This document shows, one piece after another, positions 25,851 to 37,261 of a DNA stretch of 64,000 nucleotides. A program made the translations under genes and the position numbers. Under the pieces are notes generated by a model that was given only the letters and a program-made list of their open reading frames with translations, was not told the origin of the DNA and made no database searches. The stretch comes from Coniocarpon cinnabarinum (taxonomy: Eukaryota): the NCBI GenBank assembly GCA_051942205.1, contig JAVECO010000127.1, positions 1-64,000 on the forward strand, in the 5' to 3' direction. Numbering within the stretch: position 1 is the first letter of the stretch; each line of letters starts with the position of its first letter.

Positions 25851-26612
25851 ATGGGATTGTCATGGTCTAGGCTATGGGATCTGGTCTGGTCAAAGAAAGA
25901 GATCCGCATCCTCATCCTTGGTCTCGTGAGCTGCGCACAGCCGTTCGCCGAGCTGCCAGGAGATTGCTCATGCGCCAGCAGGATAACGCCGGCAAGACTA
26001 CTCTGCTATATCGCTTGAAGGTGAGCGAGGCCGTGGAAGGCGTCAACGTGGGTTTACTAAATGTGACTCAAGATCGGCGAAGTCGTCACAACGATACCCA
26101 CTATCGGCTTCAATGTCGAGTCTGTGACCTACAAGAATCTCAATTTCAATGTCTGGGTGTGTGATCCCGTGGCATGACATTCTTGGCCCAATCTGATACA
26201 GTGTCAGGATCTGGGTGGCCAAACTTCAATCAGACCTTACTGGCGATGTTACTACGCCAACACCGCAGCCGTAGTTTTTGTCATCGACTCGACAGACATT
26301 GATCGCCTGACAACAGCATCGGAAGAGCTGGCAGCCATGCTCAACGAGGAGGAACTGAAAGACGCTGCACTATTAGTGTTTGCAAACAAGCAAGACCAGC
26401 CCGGCGCGAAGGGAGCGGGAGACATCTCAGAAGCTTTACAATTAGGCGAGCTCAAAAACCGGAACTGGAGCATAGTTGCCTGCTCGGCAATTGACGGCCG
26501 AGGTGTGACTGATGGCATGGACTGGCTAGTGGTGCGCCAGAAACTTCTACTATACTCAAATGGTGAGTTGACTGACTTCGTCCAGCAAACTGTGCAAGAT
26601 GAAACGCGATAA
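25851..26612 (+). CDS. ARL1: ADP-ribosylation factor-like GTPase Arl1, multi-exon
   Basis: [63 protein letters not shown] and FANKQD motifs. Confidence 0.93.
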
Positions 26613-27480
26613 TAGCACCGACCCACCATGGATGATAGCATTCAAAGCTTGTCAACAAGATTTCGCCGAGTTGCTCGAGTTCCTATCGCTACCGCTGGTC
26701 TATGAGGCTCGCTATATGTGCCTCAGATGCGCGTCTTGAATGGAGCTTGCATGAGGGAGCCGCGAGCGCCATGCCAAAATAGTGCGCGACAGCAGTAGAG
26801 GATATCCACTGGGCTGCTTTGGCATGGCTATCGAGCTGTCAGACACATCTCTACCAGATGTTGCTTATCTTTGGCAACAAGGAAACAATCGGCCATCCAG
26901 TGTGAGCCACCTCGAAAGACCGATAAGACGAAGAAGCTACGAGAAGCAGCGCACTCGGAAAGCAGCACCAGGGATGATGATATCGAACTCACTTGGACGT
27001 ATCAGTTGGACGGAGAGGAGTGCAAAGCTTGCTTGGGAAATCTTGCCGCAGAATCGGGGAGGGCACGTGACTATACAGCATTCAGGGGGAAAGACGCAAG
27101 GGGGCGGAATCAGGACTCCGAATCGGACGCCAAGAGAAGTCACGCAAATGATCAGACGTTTCGGAGGCCGAGTAGTCGTTGAGATGGCCGTTGAGATAGC
27201 CAGTCGCCCAGCTATTCCTTTCACGGCATTGCTTTATCTATCACCCTTGATACCCGCTCCCTAATCTTCACATTTTGCACTCTGCTCAATTGCTATTCCT
27301 TGTAATCCAAGTCACGCACAGTGGCGGTGGCGTTGGCGTAAAAGTATACCAAGGTACTTGCACCGCGTCTTCGGGAACCAGCCGATACTTTCCATATTGG
27401 TATTGCAAAAATAAATAAATACTATGCGAGTCATATCATAACTTTTGTGGCTCGATTGATAGAGGGGGACGTTCAAAATC

Positions 27481-30400
27481 ATGAAAGGTGTGCGGGTGGC
27501 AAAAAATGGCCTCTTGGCCAGGACGCGAGGAACAAGTCTAATATCCAGCTGCTCCACACGGCGATCTAATCTCATCGAAGCACCAGGTCAAAGACCGCGC
27601 AGCCATGCAACAGGCGCGCAGCAAAGAGCGGCGTCGTCGCTGCTCGCACCTCACGACACATTCTCGCGCCGCCACATTGGCGTTCCCACGTCCAAGGCCT
27701 CAGAAATGCTCACGTCTCTAGACCCACCAGTCTCTGATCTGGACACGTTCGTGGATGAAGTCATGCCGATGGACATCAAGGCGACTGAGTCACTAAAAAT
27801 CGATGCTCCCGCACGAATGCAGACAATGGATACCGGCGAGGGTTTCTCCGAGTCCCAGCTGATAGCCCGCATCTCAGAGATCGCATCGCAGAACGAGGTA
27901 TTTCGAAGTTATATCGGATGCGGATACTACGGCACGATCGTTCCTGAAGTGATCAAACGCAACGTTCTTGAAAATCCTGCGTGGTATACTAGCTACACGC
28001 CATATCAAGCGGAGATCAGCCAAGGGCGTTTGGAGTCACTGCTCAACTACCAGACTATGATATCTGACCTCACTGGTCTGTCCATCTCTAATGCATCACT
28101 TCTTGACGAGCCGACTGCTGCTGCTGAGGCTATGACTCTTTCAATCAACACCTTGCCTGCGAAAAAGGCAAAGAATCCAAATAAGAAGTTCTTTGTATCA
28201 AATGCGTGCTTGCCTCAGACCATTGCTGTGCTATCATCACGAGCTCATGGCTTTGGCATTGAGCTTGTGGTAGGTGATGCGACCGAGAATGGTGGTCAAG
28301 CTCTCAAAGATATTGGAGACGACTTGATTGGCGCGCTTGTCCAGTATCCCGACGTGTATGGGGATGTCCACGACTTCACTGCACTCTCAAAGCTTGTGCA
28401 CGACGTAGGCGGTACTTTTTGTGTCGCAACAGATCTCCTTGCGTTGACGCTCCTCAAGTCTCCTGGTGAGATAGGCGCTGACGTGGCTGTAGGCAGCGCG
28501 CAGCGGTTGGGTGTTCCGTTCGGCTTCGGAGGCCCCCACGCCGCCTTCATCGCCGTGGGAGAAAACCACAAACGGAAGATCCCCGGTCGTTTAGTCGGGT
28601 TGTCTAAAGATCGACGTGGTGAGCCTGCTGTCAGACTGGCGTTGCAGACGAGGGAGCAGCACATCAGGCGCGAGAAGGCGACGAGTAACATCTGCACAGC
28701 TCAAGTCCTATTGGCAAACATGAGCGCGTTTTACGCCATCTACCATGGTCCGCAAGGTCTGCAAAGGATAGCTGCAAAGAACGTGGCCCTTGCTAGGTTG
28801 ATACAGTCGTGCGCGCATCATTGGGGCTACTCCACCGGCAAGAACGGCTTCAACGAGGCGGTGAACTTCGATACCGTGGTCTTGAACGTGCATAATCACG
28901 ACACAAGCGAGATTATTAAGCATGCCGAGACTGCTCAGCGCATCAACTTCAGACGAATATCACAGTCTCAGATCAGTCTGACTGTCGACGAGACGATGGA
29001 GCTGACAGACGTTGTCGATGTTCTCAAGGTGCTGGAGCAGTACGCAAACGCAGAAAAGCAGGCACAAGATATCTTCGCAAGCGAGCTAAAGCGATTCGAT
29101 ACTCCTAACACAACTGTAGATATACCTGCAGAGCTTGCACGCGCCTCGCCATACCTAACTCATCCCGTCTTCAACTCCCACCACTCCGAAACCGAGCTGC
29201 TTCGATACATCCACCACCTCCAGTCCAAAGATCTCTCTCTTGTACACTCCATGATACCCCTGGGCTCGTGCACCATGAAACTCAACGCCACCACCGAAAT
29301 GGCGCCCATCTCCTGGCCCGAGTTCGCATCCATCCATCCCTTCGCCCCGTCTTTCCAAACAAAAGGCTACCGCACCCTCATCCGAGAACTCGAATCCGAT
29401 CTCGCCAATATCACCGGTTTCTCTCATGTCTCACTCCAGCCAAACTCTGGTGCTCAAGGTGAATTCACGGCCCTCCGTGTCATCCGCGCCTACCTCGAAA
29501 GCCAGCCACATACTCAACAACGCGACATCTGCCTTATCCCCGTCTCCGCGCATGGTACTAACCCCGCCTCCGCAACCATGGCCGGTCTCCGTGTAGTGCC
29601 CGTGAAATGCGACACTGCGACTGGAAATCTCGACATGGCTGACCTCCGCGCAAAATGCGAACAATATTCCAACACCCTCGCCTGCGTCATGATCACGTAC
29701 CCCTCCACCTTTGGCGTTTTCGAGCCTCACATCAAAGAAGCATGCAATCTCGTCCATCAACACGGCGGTCAAGTCTTCATGGATGGCGCCAACATGAATG
29801 CTCAAATCGGTCTCTGCTCACCCGGCGACATTGGCGCCGATGCGTGTCACTTGAACCTCCACAAGACATTCTGTATTCCACACGGTGGTGGCGGACCCGG
29901 AGTCGGTCCCATTGGCGTGAGACCGCATCTCGCCCCGTACCTACCTTCTCATCCTCTCGTCGCTACTAATACCTCTGATCAGGCCGTCGCGCCCGTGTCC
30001 GGCGCGCCGTGGGGCAGCGCCGGCATCCTGCCCATCTCCTGGAGCTACATCAAAATGATGGGTTCCTCCGGTCTCAAACGCGCCACGCAAATCACATTGC
30101 TCAGCGCCAACTACCTCCTCGCGCGCCTGAAACCTCACTATAAAATCCTCCACACGAATGACGCCGGCCGCTGCGCCCATGAATTCATTCTAGACGTCCG
30201 CCCCTTCAAGGAAAGTGCGGGCATCGAAGCCGTCGACATCGCGAAGCGATTGCAAGACTACGGATTCCACGCCCCGACGATGAGCTGGCCCGTTGCCGGG
30301 ACGCTTATGGTTGAGCCAACGGAGAGCGAGAGCAAAGAAGAGCTGGATCGGTTTGTGGAGGCGTTGGTGGGGATAAGGGCGGAAATTGCAGAGATTGAGG

Positions 30401-30767
30401 AAGGTAAAGTGGAGAGAGAGGGGAATGTGCTTAAGATGGCGCCGCACAGTATCAAGGATTTGGTGGAGGGGAGCTGGGAGAGAAGTTATTCGAGGGAGAC
30501 GGCGGCGTTTCCTAGGCCTTGGTTGAGGGAGAGGAAGTTTTGGCCTAGTGTTACGCGGTTGGATGATGGTGAGTTCTTGTCCCTTCTCTTGAGTTTCTTG
30601 CCTTTATGCTTGCCTTTTGTTTGGAAACGCGGTTGAAATTCCGGGACTGGTTGCGTGCGAGTGGTGCACATTGCTGACGGATTCCAGCTTACGGTGATAC
30701 CAATCTCTTCTGCTCGTGCGGACCCGTAGAAGACATGACAGGACCTGGCGGCGGCGCGGCGACATGA
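27481..30767 (+). CDS. GCV2: Glycine cleavage system P protein (glycine decarboxylase), mitochondrial; terminal intron about 30569-30687
   Basis: YTPYQAEISQGRLESL, QTREQHIRREKATSNICTAQ, MIPLGSCTMKLN and HLNLHKTFCIPHGGGGPG motifs; last exon AYGDTNLFCSC. Confidence 0.96.
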
Positions 30768-31371
30768 TACTACGCTGCAGCCATCTCACCATTACTACCA
30801 CCGAAACATCCATGCTGGCATTGCGGAGCGGCCTGTCGTTGCAATTAGAAATCATGCCACTGGCAAACTGCGATGGGCAATCGTAACAGACGATTGGAAT
30901 ACAGACATGTCATGCATTTCCTCAACAACGAGCGAGGCGTTGCGGGGGTTGGAGAACGAGACGGATACAGATTGAGGTTCAAATTCAACATACGTAGATC
31001 ACTAGCATAAGGAAAACAGTCAACAACGCATAAGCACGAACGTCCTAAGAAGCCACTGCATCAACTTTCGAATTCGTCATTCAATGCACAAGTGAACGAC
31101 CTGACCCGACGTTATAACGTGCCCCTATCTCTAAGCCTTAAAATAAAGAGAGCCTGACACTGACTCATGCTGAATGTTTATGCGCATAGCAATCTGCATA
31201 GTCGCTTCGTAAGAGAGAGGTATCAAGGTTAGTATATCATTTGTCTGTCTTGTCTTGGAGCATGCAAAGAGCTTACCGGGGGGTAGGATAACATACAAAA
31301 TGACAGTGGTTAGGTGATCAGGAGAGGCTTCTTACGGTAACGAGAGTGAGATTCGTAGAGATATGGTACTA

Positions 31372-31432
31372 TGCGATATAACACGATGCGATACGATGCG
31401 ATGCGATGCGATACGATCTAATAGATACGATC
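31372..31432. repeat. Degenerate pentanucleotide microsatellite (CGATG/CGATA)n
   Basis: acacgatgcgatacgatgcgatgcgatgcgatacgatc is directly visible. Confidence 0.8.
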
Positions 31433-32083
31433 AGATCGCTTCATACGATCTCTATCTAATCTGCGTTAACGAGATAGGCTTTGTATAGCCGCTCTCTATG
31501 GTACCTGACGCAGTTACTCAAGACGACCGCATTATACAATCGTGCTCTGTTTTCCCTTGCGCAATCGCTTCATCTGCTTTGAAATGGTAGGTGTATAACG
31601 CTCTAGTGCGACTGTGGTCTTGCTAATGCGGACATGCGGAGTTGTGGAGATCCCTTCACTATGCCCTTGTCTCCGGCGTCTAGTACTCGTTCGTCCACAG
31701 ACATGGCAATCAGGGCATCACGTAGACGTTCAGTGAAAGGGTTTCGATCTGGTGAGATGGATACTCCACCATGTTGGACGCTGGACTCTGCACGAGGGAC
31801 TGCTCCTGCATGAAGCGTGTTATACTTCGACCGTCAGGTCTGCTGCTTCGCGACAAGAAAAACGATGGCAAAGGATCAAATGCCAGTGACCAAGTCTCAA
31901 CCAGAGACACAGCGGCTCGGAGTCGTATGATCATGCGATCGTACATGCAGAGAGAACCGGGGTCGAGGCATCAACTCTTGATGAGTACTCTTATACATAT
32001 TTGTCAGTCGGTGAAAATGACTCGTAAACCTGACTGCCCCAACTCACTTTCATTAGGAAGCCCCTCGCCTGACGGGATATCCA

Positions 32084-33208
32084 CTACCACGACCCTCCTT
32101 CCGAGCATCTTGCGTGAGAGAACTGCGCCCTGATAGGTGAATAGCGATAGAGGTCATGAGCGAAGTAGTTCGAGTCTTCAAAGTATGGATTTTTGAATTC
32201 TTCTTTAAGGTTTCCCGAATTCTCAGAGTATGGATTTTTGAATTCGTCTGCTCGGCTTAGAACTTTGAATTCTTCTTCAGCTCCCTGCTCGGGCTCTTGA
32301 GCTGAACTTGAAGATCTGAGAAATGTTTTCCACTCATCGCCAGCAGCAACAACAACAACAGAACTCGACGACTCAAGAAACGTAGTTTTTGATCCATTGA
32401 TGTTTCCGTGTCCTTGGGTTGTGCTTGAATGCAAGCGAATGGTGGAAAGATCGGGGCAGTAATTTTGGGCACGAAGATGTGAGAGACCATCTAGGACCAT
32501 GCCAGACGGCCAACGTGGACCTGGCAAGGGACGCTTGGGAGCTTGTGGACTGGTCGTCTGGTATGGGCCGTGGACCTTTTCATCACGTGCGACAATGATT
32601 GTTGCTGTTGCGATCTTTTCGGTTAAAGGCGTATGATGATTTCCTTCGTCTGACGCTAATCGACTTAGGTGGTAGAGATCATCGATGAGCCCACGAAGTA
32701 GAGTGACTGAGTGTGAAAGTCGATCAGCGTCGCCCGTGACCCAGAGAATCGCCAGTCGAGGCTCTCGAAGGAAGTTCTTTGCGTGAATACGCGGCGACCA
32801 CTGAACCACTGGTTTGTGTTTCGCATGCGGCTGACCTTGCGTGCCTGCCTTGTCTTCCTGCCCCTGTCCTGGAATTATGATGCCAAGTTCTGTTGCCTCC
32901 GGTGACTGAACCTCGGGAGCAAAGTCGTATCGTCGCTCCAGCTTCTTCAGTCGATCAAAGTTATCCTTTATGGTGCCAACAGTTTTCCAGGCGGCTAGTC
33001 GTAAATATCCGCCATAGCTCTCAATCATGTCTATGTTGTCCTTGTTGGCGCCCCAAGCGAGAAATCTGGCCCTCTGGTTTTCCAGCTGCGTATGCAGAGC
33101 TTTCAATGTCGGGTCTTTGTCCACAACTGCATGGATGAGCTGGACCGCGTCGACAGCACTGGAGAATAGACCCAGCAAACCCAGCCCACCAATGGCGACG
33201 TCTGCCAT
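32084..33208 (-). CDS. HeLo (HET-s N-terminal, prion-inhibition and propagation) domain protein with unrecognised C-terminal region
   Basis: MADVAIGGLGLLGLFSSAVDAVQLI...QLENQRARFLAWG and WVTGDADRLSHSVTLLRGLIDDLYHL resemble HeLo-family hallmarks. Confidence 0.75.
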   Translation of the reverse strand: MADVAIGGLGLLGLFSSAVDAVQLIHAVVDKDPTLKALHTQLENQRARFLAWGANKDNIDMIESYGGYLRLAAWKTVGTIKDNFDRLKKLERRYDFAPEVQSPEATELGIIIPGQGQEDKAGTQGQPHAKHKPVVQWSPRIHAKNFLREPRLAILWVTGDADRLSHSVTLLRGLIDDLYHLSRLASDEGNHHTPLTEKIATATIIVARDEKVHGPYQTTSPQAPKRPLPGPRWPSGMVLDGLSHLRAQNYCPDLSTIRLHSSTTQGHGNINGSKTTFLESSSSVVVVAAGDEWKTFLRSSSSAQEPEQGAEEEFKVLSRADEFKNPYSENSGNLKEEFKNPYFEDSNYFAHDLYRYSPIRAQFSHARCSEGGSW

Positions 33209-33962
33209 TCCTCTCACACGTTACGCAGTGGCGGTGAAGAAGCCTGTCGCCAACTACTGGAGAGCTATTGCGAAGGCCCGTATGGCTCACCAACATTGGT
33301 CAGACTTAACGACATCCAGACGGCGCACCACAGCACACCGCAGCCGCCTCTCCAATTTGGAAAAAGCTCCTTCCGTGGACACTCAAGCTATTTTTCGGAA
33401 TCATGGACAACTGTTGTCACCATGGCGAGGCAAACGAGGATGTGCCTGTGCTCAGCCTCTGCAGTGCGCGAGTCATGCACCCCGTGCATGTACACAGCCC
33501 ACACGCCTATCGATCATTTGCTTCTCGTTCTTGACTCACTGAGCGTCGCGAGTCTATTCGCAGTTCCTCACTCCGATTGCAATAGTTGTGATGCAGTAGC
33601 CATGAGCTGAACAGACGGTACTGGACCTTAGAGACATAGAACGTTGCGGGCGCACATGCTGTGTTGCACATTGCAAAAACCTTCACGAGCCACGATCCAC
33701 TCGAAACAAAAGATCGACCACCAGATAAGACACCAACCTCCGTTGGCAACAATTGTCAACTGGGGTTGGTTCGAGGCTCTGCAGGAATGCTTCTTAGCGT
33801 TGCCCAATGGCCTCCTTCTGACATCACAGGCTAATGAAGATTGGTAGCTAGCTGACCCAAACAAGCAGGTATGTCGACATTTTATCGTCCAGTTGCGCAA
33901 GTTTCAAGGTCGCATAAAGTGACCCATCTGAGCTTCCAAATGTAAGTCTTTCACGCATAGAC

Positions 33963-35772
33963 ATGTCGGTTTCAGACCAGACGGCGCAACCGGTTCCTCA
34001 GGAGTCCAAACCGTCCGCAAGTAAGACAGGTACAGCGAGCGCACGTGAGCTTGATAACGAAGTGAAGAGCTCATCCGATAAAGAGCTCGGTTTCAGCGCG
34101 AGCAACAGCGGCGACGACAAGTTTCTCACCACTCGCCGCGAGATCTGGGCCTATTATGCATACTATGTCGGCAACAATGGTCTCTCCCTCTTCAACTTTG
34201 CGCCCACCCAGTCACAAAACCTGCTCTCTCTGGCAGCCGATCCAAACACAGGAACGCTGCAATTCATGGGAGCTCAGCGCTCTGTCAACTCCATCGTCCT
34301 CCTTGCGAACGGCATCTCTTTTGCTATACAATGCGCACTGTTCTTGATCATTGGCAGCTATGCAGACTTCGGTCACTGGCGACCAAATATCTTGATCGTG
34401 GCCAGTCTCGTGGCCTATGGTATTGGGTTTGGCTGGCTTGGTGTTGCCGACCCATCCAAGTGGAGGCAAGGTGTAGGCTTGTACATGGTTGGCCTGATCG
34501 CATATCAAACTTGCTTGACGTTTTGGAATGCTGCTTTTCCCGGTCTCGCACGAGACACGCCGCAGATCCACGAAAAGCAACAACAGCTCTCCGATGGCGC
34601 AATTGAAACGCAGGAGTACCACCACGAGGAGAGCTTGATGCGCAGTCGACTGAGCAATGTTGCCTTCTACGTCCAGAGCTGTGCCGAGTTGATCATATTG
34701 GCCATCATTGTAGGGATCATGTTCAGCTTGCACGTCAACGACGGTGACGCGCAGAACACTTGGGGTCTGAGTGTCCTCATTGCATTCGCCTCTGGCGTTT
34801 GGCTCCTCGTGAGCATACCCTGGTTTGTGCTCGAAAAGAGGCGACCTGGTATCAAACCGAAGATGAATATCGTATTGGCAGGCCTGCTGCAGTTGTGGGT
34901 TGCCTTGTCTAAAATCTGGAAGCTCAAGCAGAGCCTGATCTACCTCATTGGTACATTCAGACTTGAACCTCTTCTTCAAACATTTCATTGACTAGTGTAG
35001 GCTATTTTCTCCTCGGCGACGCGCTGAATACGACAGTTACGGTTGTGTCAACTCTTCAAAAGTACGCGTCTTGGCATTGCATACTGCTCAATGCTGACCG
35101 GATTGCTTATAGTAATGCGGTTGAATACTCAACGTTGTCCCTGACTTATCTGCTACTTGTAGGGATCGCAGCCCAAGGAACAGGCATTGGCTCGTTCTGG
35201 TATATTCAAAAACGCTTCGGCTTGAGCGTGAAGACAATGTTCAATGCCATCGCCCTTTCAATCGTCATCCTGGATGGCTGGGGTATGCTCGGAATATGGC
35301 AACAGAACTTTGGTGCGTAAAGATGCCATCTCGTGCTTTCGATATCCCTGACGATTGGTTGCAGGATTTCACAATGTCTGGGAGTTCTGGCTGTATCAGG
35401 TATGGTATGGCCTGCTTGTGTGTCCATGGTATTCGTATAGTCAAATCATGATCTCAGAAGGTAAGATCAATCGTGAAAATATCGATCGGAGCGTACGTTC
35501 TCATGCAAAGGATAGTCACTCCTCGAGGCCATGAATTCCTCTTCTTCAGCCTTTTCAGCATCATAGGCAAAACCAGCAGCTTTATCGGACCGATAGTGTC
35601 AAGCGCCATCATTGACGCCAGCCCGACGAATAACGACTCGGCACCGTTTTACTTCCTCTTCGGCCTGTCTGTGGTCTCATTCCTGTTCTTGCTAATCTTT
35701 GTTGATCTAAGGAAGAGCAAAGCCGAGCAGGACATATTCTTGAAGGAAGAGGCCACTAGAGTTGTAGCGTGA
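33963..35772 (+). CDS. ATG22: Vacuolar amino-acid efflux MFS transporter, Atg22-like, multi-exon
   Basis: TTRREIWAYYAYYVGNNG, SIVLLANGISFAIQ, GYFLLGDALNTTVTV and TPRGHEFLFFSLFSIIGKTSSFIGP motifs. Confidence 0.88.
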
Positions 35773-35794
35773 CCTTGAAGGCTTTTCGGTGAAG

Positions 35795-37123
35795 CTAGGT
35801 GGCGGCCTTTTTGCTAAAGAAAGAGCTCATCTTCTTCATGCCACTGGTATCGACCTTCTTGAGATCTTTCGTAGCCCGACTTTCTTGCTTACGCTTTTTC
35901 TCTTCTTCGTCCTTCTTGCGCCGCTTCTCGTTTCTTGCCTCTTGCGCCTCATCATTGTCTTCGGCAGAGCGCTTGCGGCTCACATTGTCCGAGATGGAAC
36001 GCAATGCTTGTGCTTCAGCTTTCAGTTGCTCGATCCTCTCTAGAAATGCATCGACTTCGCTTAGATCGACCATTTGGGAGTTGGGTGACTCAATGATCTT
36101 TTCAAAGTATTGCTTGAGCTTCGGGTGAACGTAAGAAGACAGGATGAAATCCAAAGCGACTCGAAGACGCATTTGCTTCACCACCGTCTCGTTGGGTTTG
36201 AACAGTGATTGGCTCTCTGGATCGTCATCCAATTTCGAGGTAACGGAAGCTGATCCATTCGCATCCGGAACAAGAGCACTTTCGGATGATTGCACCTGTG
36301 AAGTCCCTGAGTGCTTGTCCTTGATGAGCGCGACGGCAGCTGGGACTTCCAGGCGTTTCTGAACATAAGTTTCCAAAGATTTTGGCCAAGCGTGATCCAC
36401 GGTTGTCTCCGCTTTTGACACGAGCAATCCCAGCATGGAAAGAGAGTCTGGCCGATACGCAGTCTGGCCTAAGGCATCGACCGGTTCACAGACATCCTCA
36501 AGCTTGTCGAAAAATAACTTTTGTACCGAAGGATATCGTACTAGGATGCCCATGTGCTTTGACGATGTTGCTAGATCATCCAAAAGATCTTCTCGCAAAC
36601 GTGCCATATGCGGACGCCCGCGCTCGTTGTAAATTCCCGGCTGAAATAACGGCATTAGAAGCAGTCTCGGGTCCATAGGGGTAGCGATCAGTAGTTGTGC
36701 ATCCTCCATGATATGCCCATTGTCTATATCTGGGGATGTTTTCGAATCTGAACAGTCCCCCTGATCTGGGCTCTGATCTTCCGATTGAGGCACAAGTAAG
36801 GAGCTTTGGAATATTGGTCCTCGACCAGGAACTCGAGTAAGCTCATAAAAGCCCGTTTGCGCACAGTATAAATATCGACTCAGTTTGCCGGTCGATGGGT
36901 TCGCCAGTGACACGATTCTGGTGTCGGGCGAGCATCTCTTCGGCAGTATGATGGTCTTGAGTAATTGCTCGTCTTTGGGTGGTAGCTGTTTCGCTATGGC
37001 TTCTTCTGGGTTCGACTGGGATATCAAGCCACCGCCAGGCCTTAGCTTCCGAGGAGGCATTTCGTAGGGTCCCGTGAGAAAGGTTGCTGTTGAGGACTTC
37101 CATTGAGCATTGGAGGTTGGCAT
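35795..37123 (-). CDS. RNH202: Ribonuclease H2 subunit B (Ydr279p-like)
   Basis: IVSLANPSTGKLSRYL..FYELT, LLIATPMDP and C-terminal LKKVDTSGMKKMSSFF (PIP-box-like) motifs. Confidence 0.85.
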   Translation of the reverse strand: MPTSNAQWKSSTATFLTGPYEMPPRKLRPGGGLISQSNPEEAIAKQLPPKDEQLLKTIILPKRCSPDTRIVSLANPSTGKLSRYLYCAQTGFYELTRVPGRGPIFQSSLLVPQSEDQSPDQGDCSDSKTSPDIDNGHIMEDAQLLIATPMDPRLLLMPLFQPGIYNERGRPHMARLREDLLDDLATSSKHMGILVRYPSVQKLFFDKLEDVCEPVDALGQTAYRPDSLSMLGLLVSKAETTVDHAWPKSLETYVQKRLEVPAAVALIKDKHSGTSQVQSSESALVPDANGSASVTSKLDDDPESQSLFKPNETVVKQMRLRVALDFILSSYVHPKLKQYFEKIIESPNSQMVDLSEVDAFLERIEQLKAEAQALRSISDNVSRKRSAEDNDEAQEARNEKRRKKDEEEKKRKQESRATKDLKKVDTSGMKKMSSFFSKKAAT

Positions 37124-37163
37124 AATATCCCTCTAAAAATGAGCGCGTCGCTTTCGTGTCTTG

Positions 37164-37180
37164 ACGCGTTCTTGACGCGT
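37164..37180. promoter_or_regulatory. Two tandem MCB elements (ACGCGT) in the RNH202/MCM10 divergent promoter region
   Basis: ttgACGCGTtcttgACGCGT lies between the divergent starts at 37123 and 37262. Confidence 0.65.
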
Positions 37181-37261
37181 CTTCGCACAGTCGCAACCAA
37201 GACCTTCTTTTCACTCGGTATCGATATGTGATCGAATTATGTTTAAAGCTAAACACCCATT

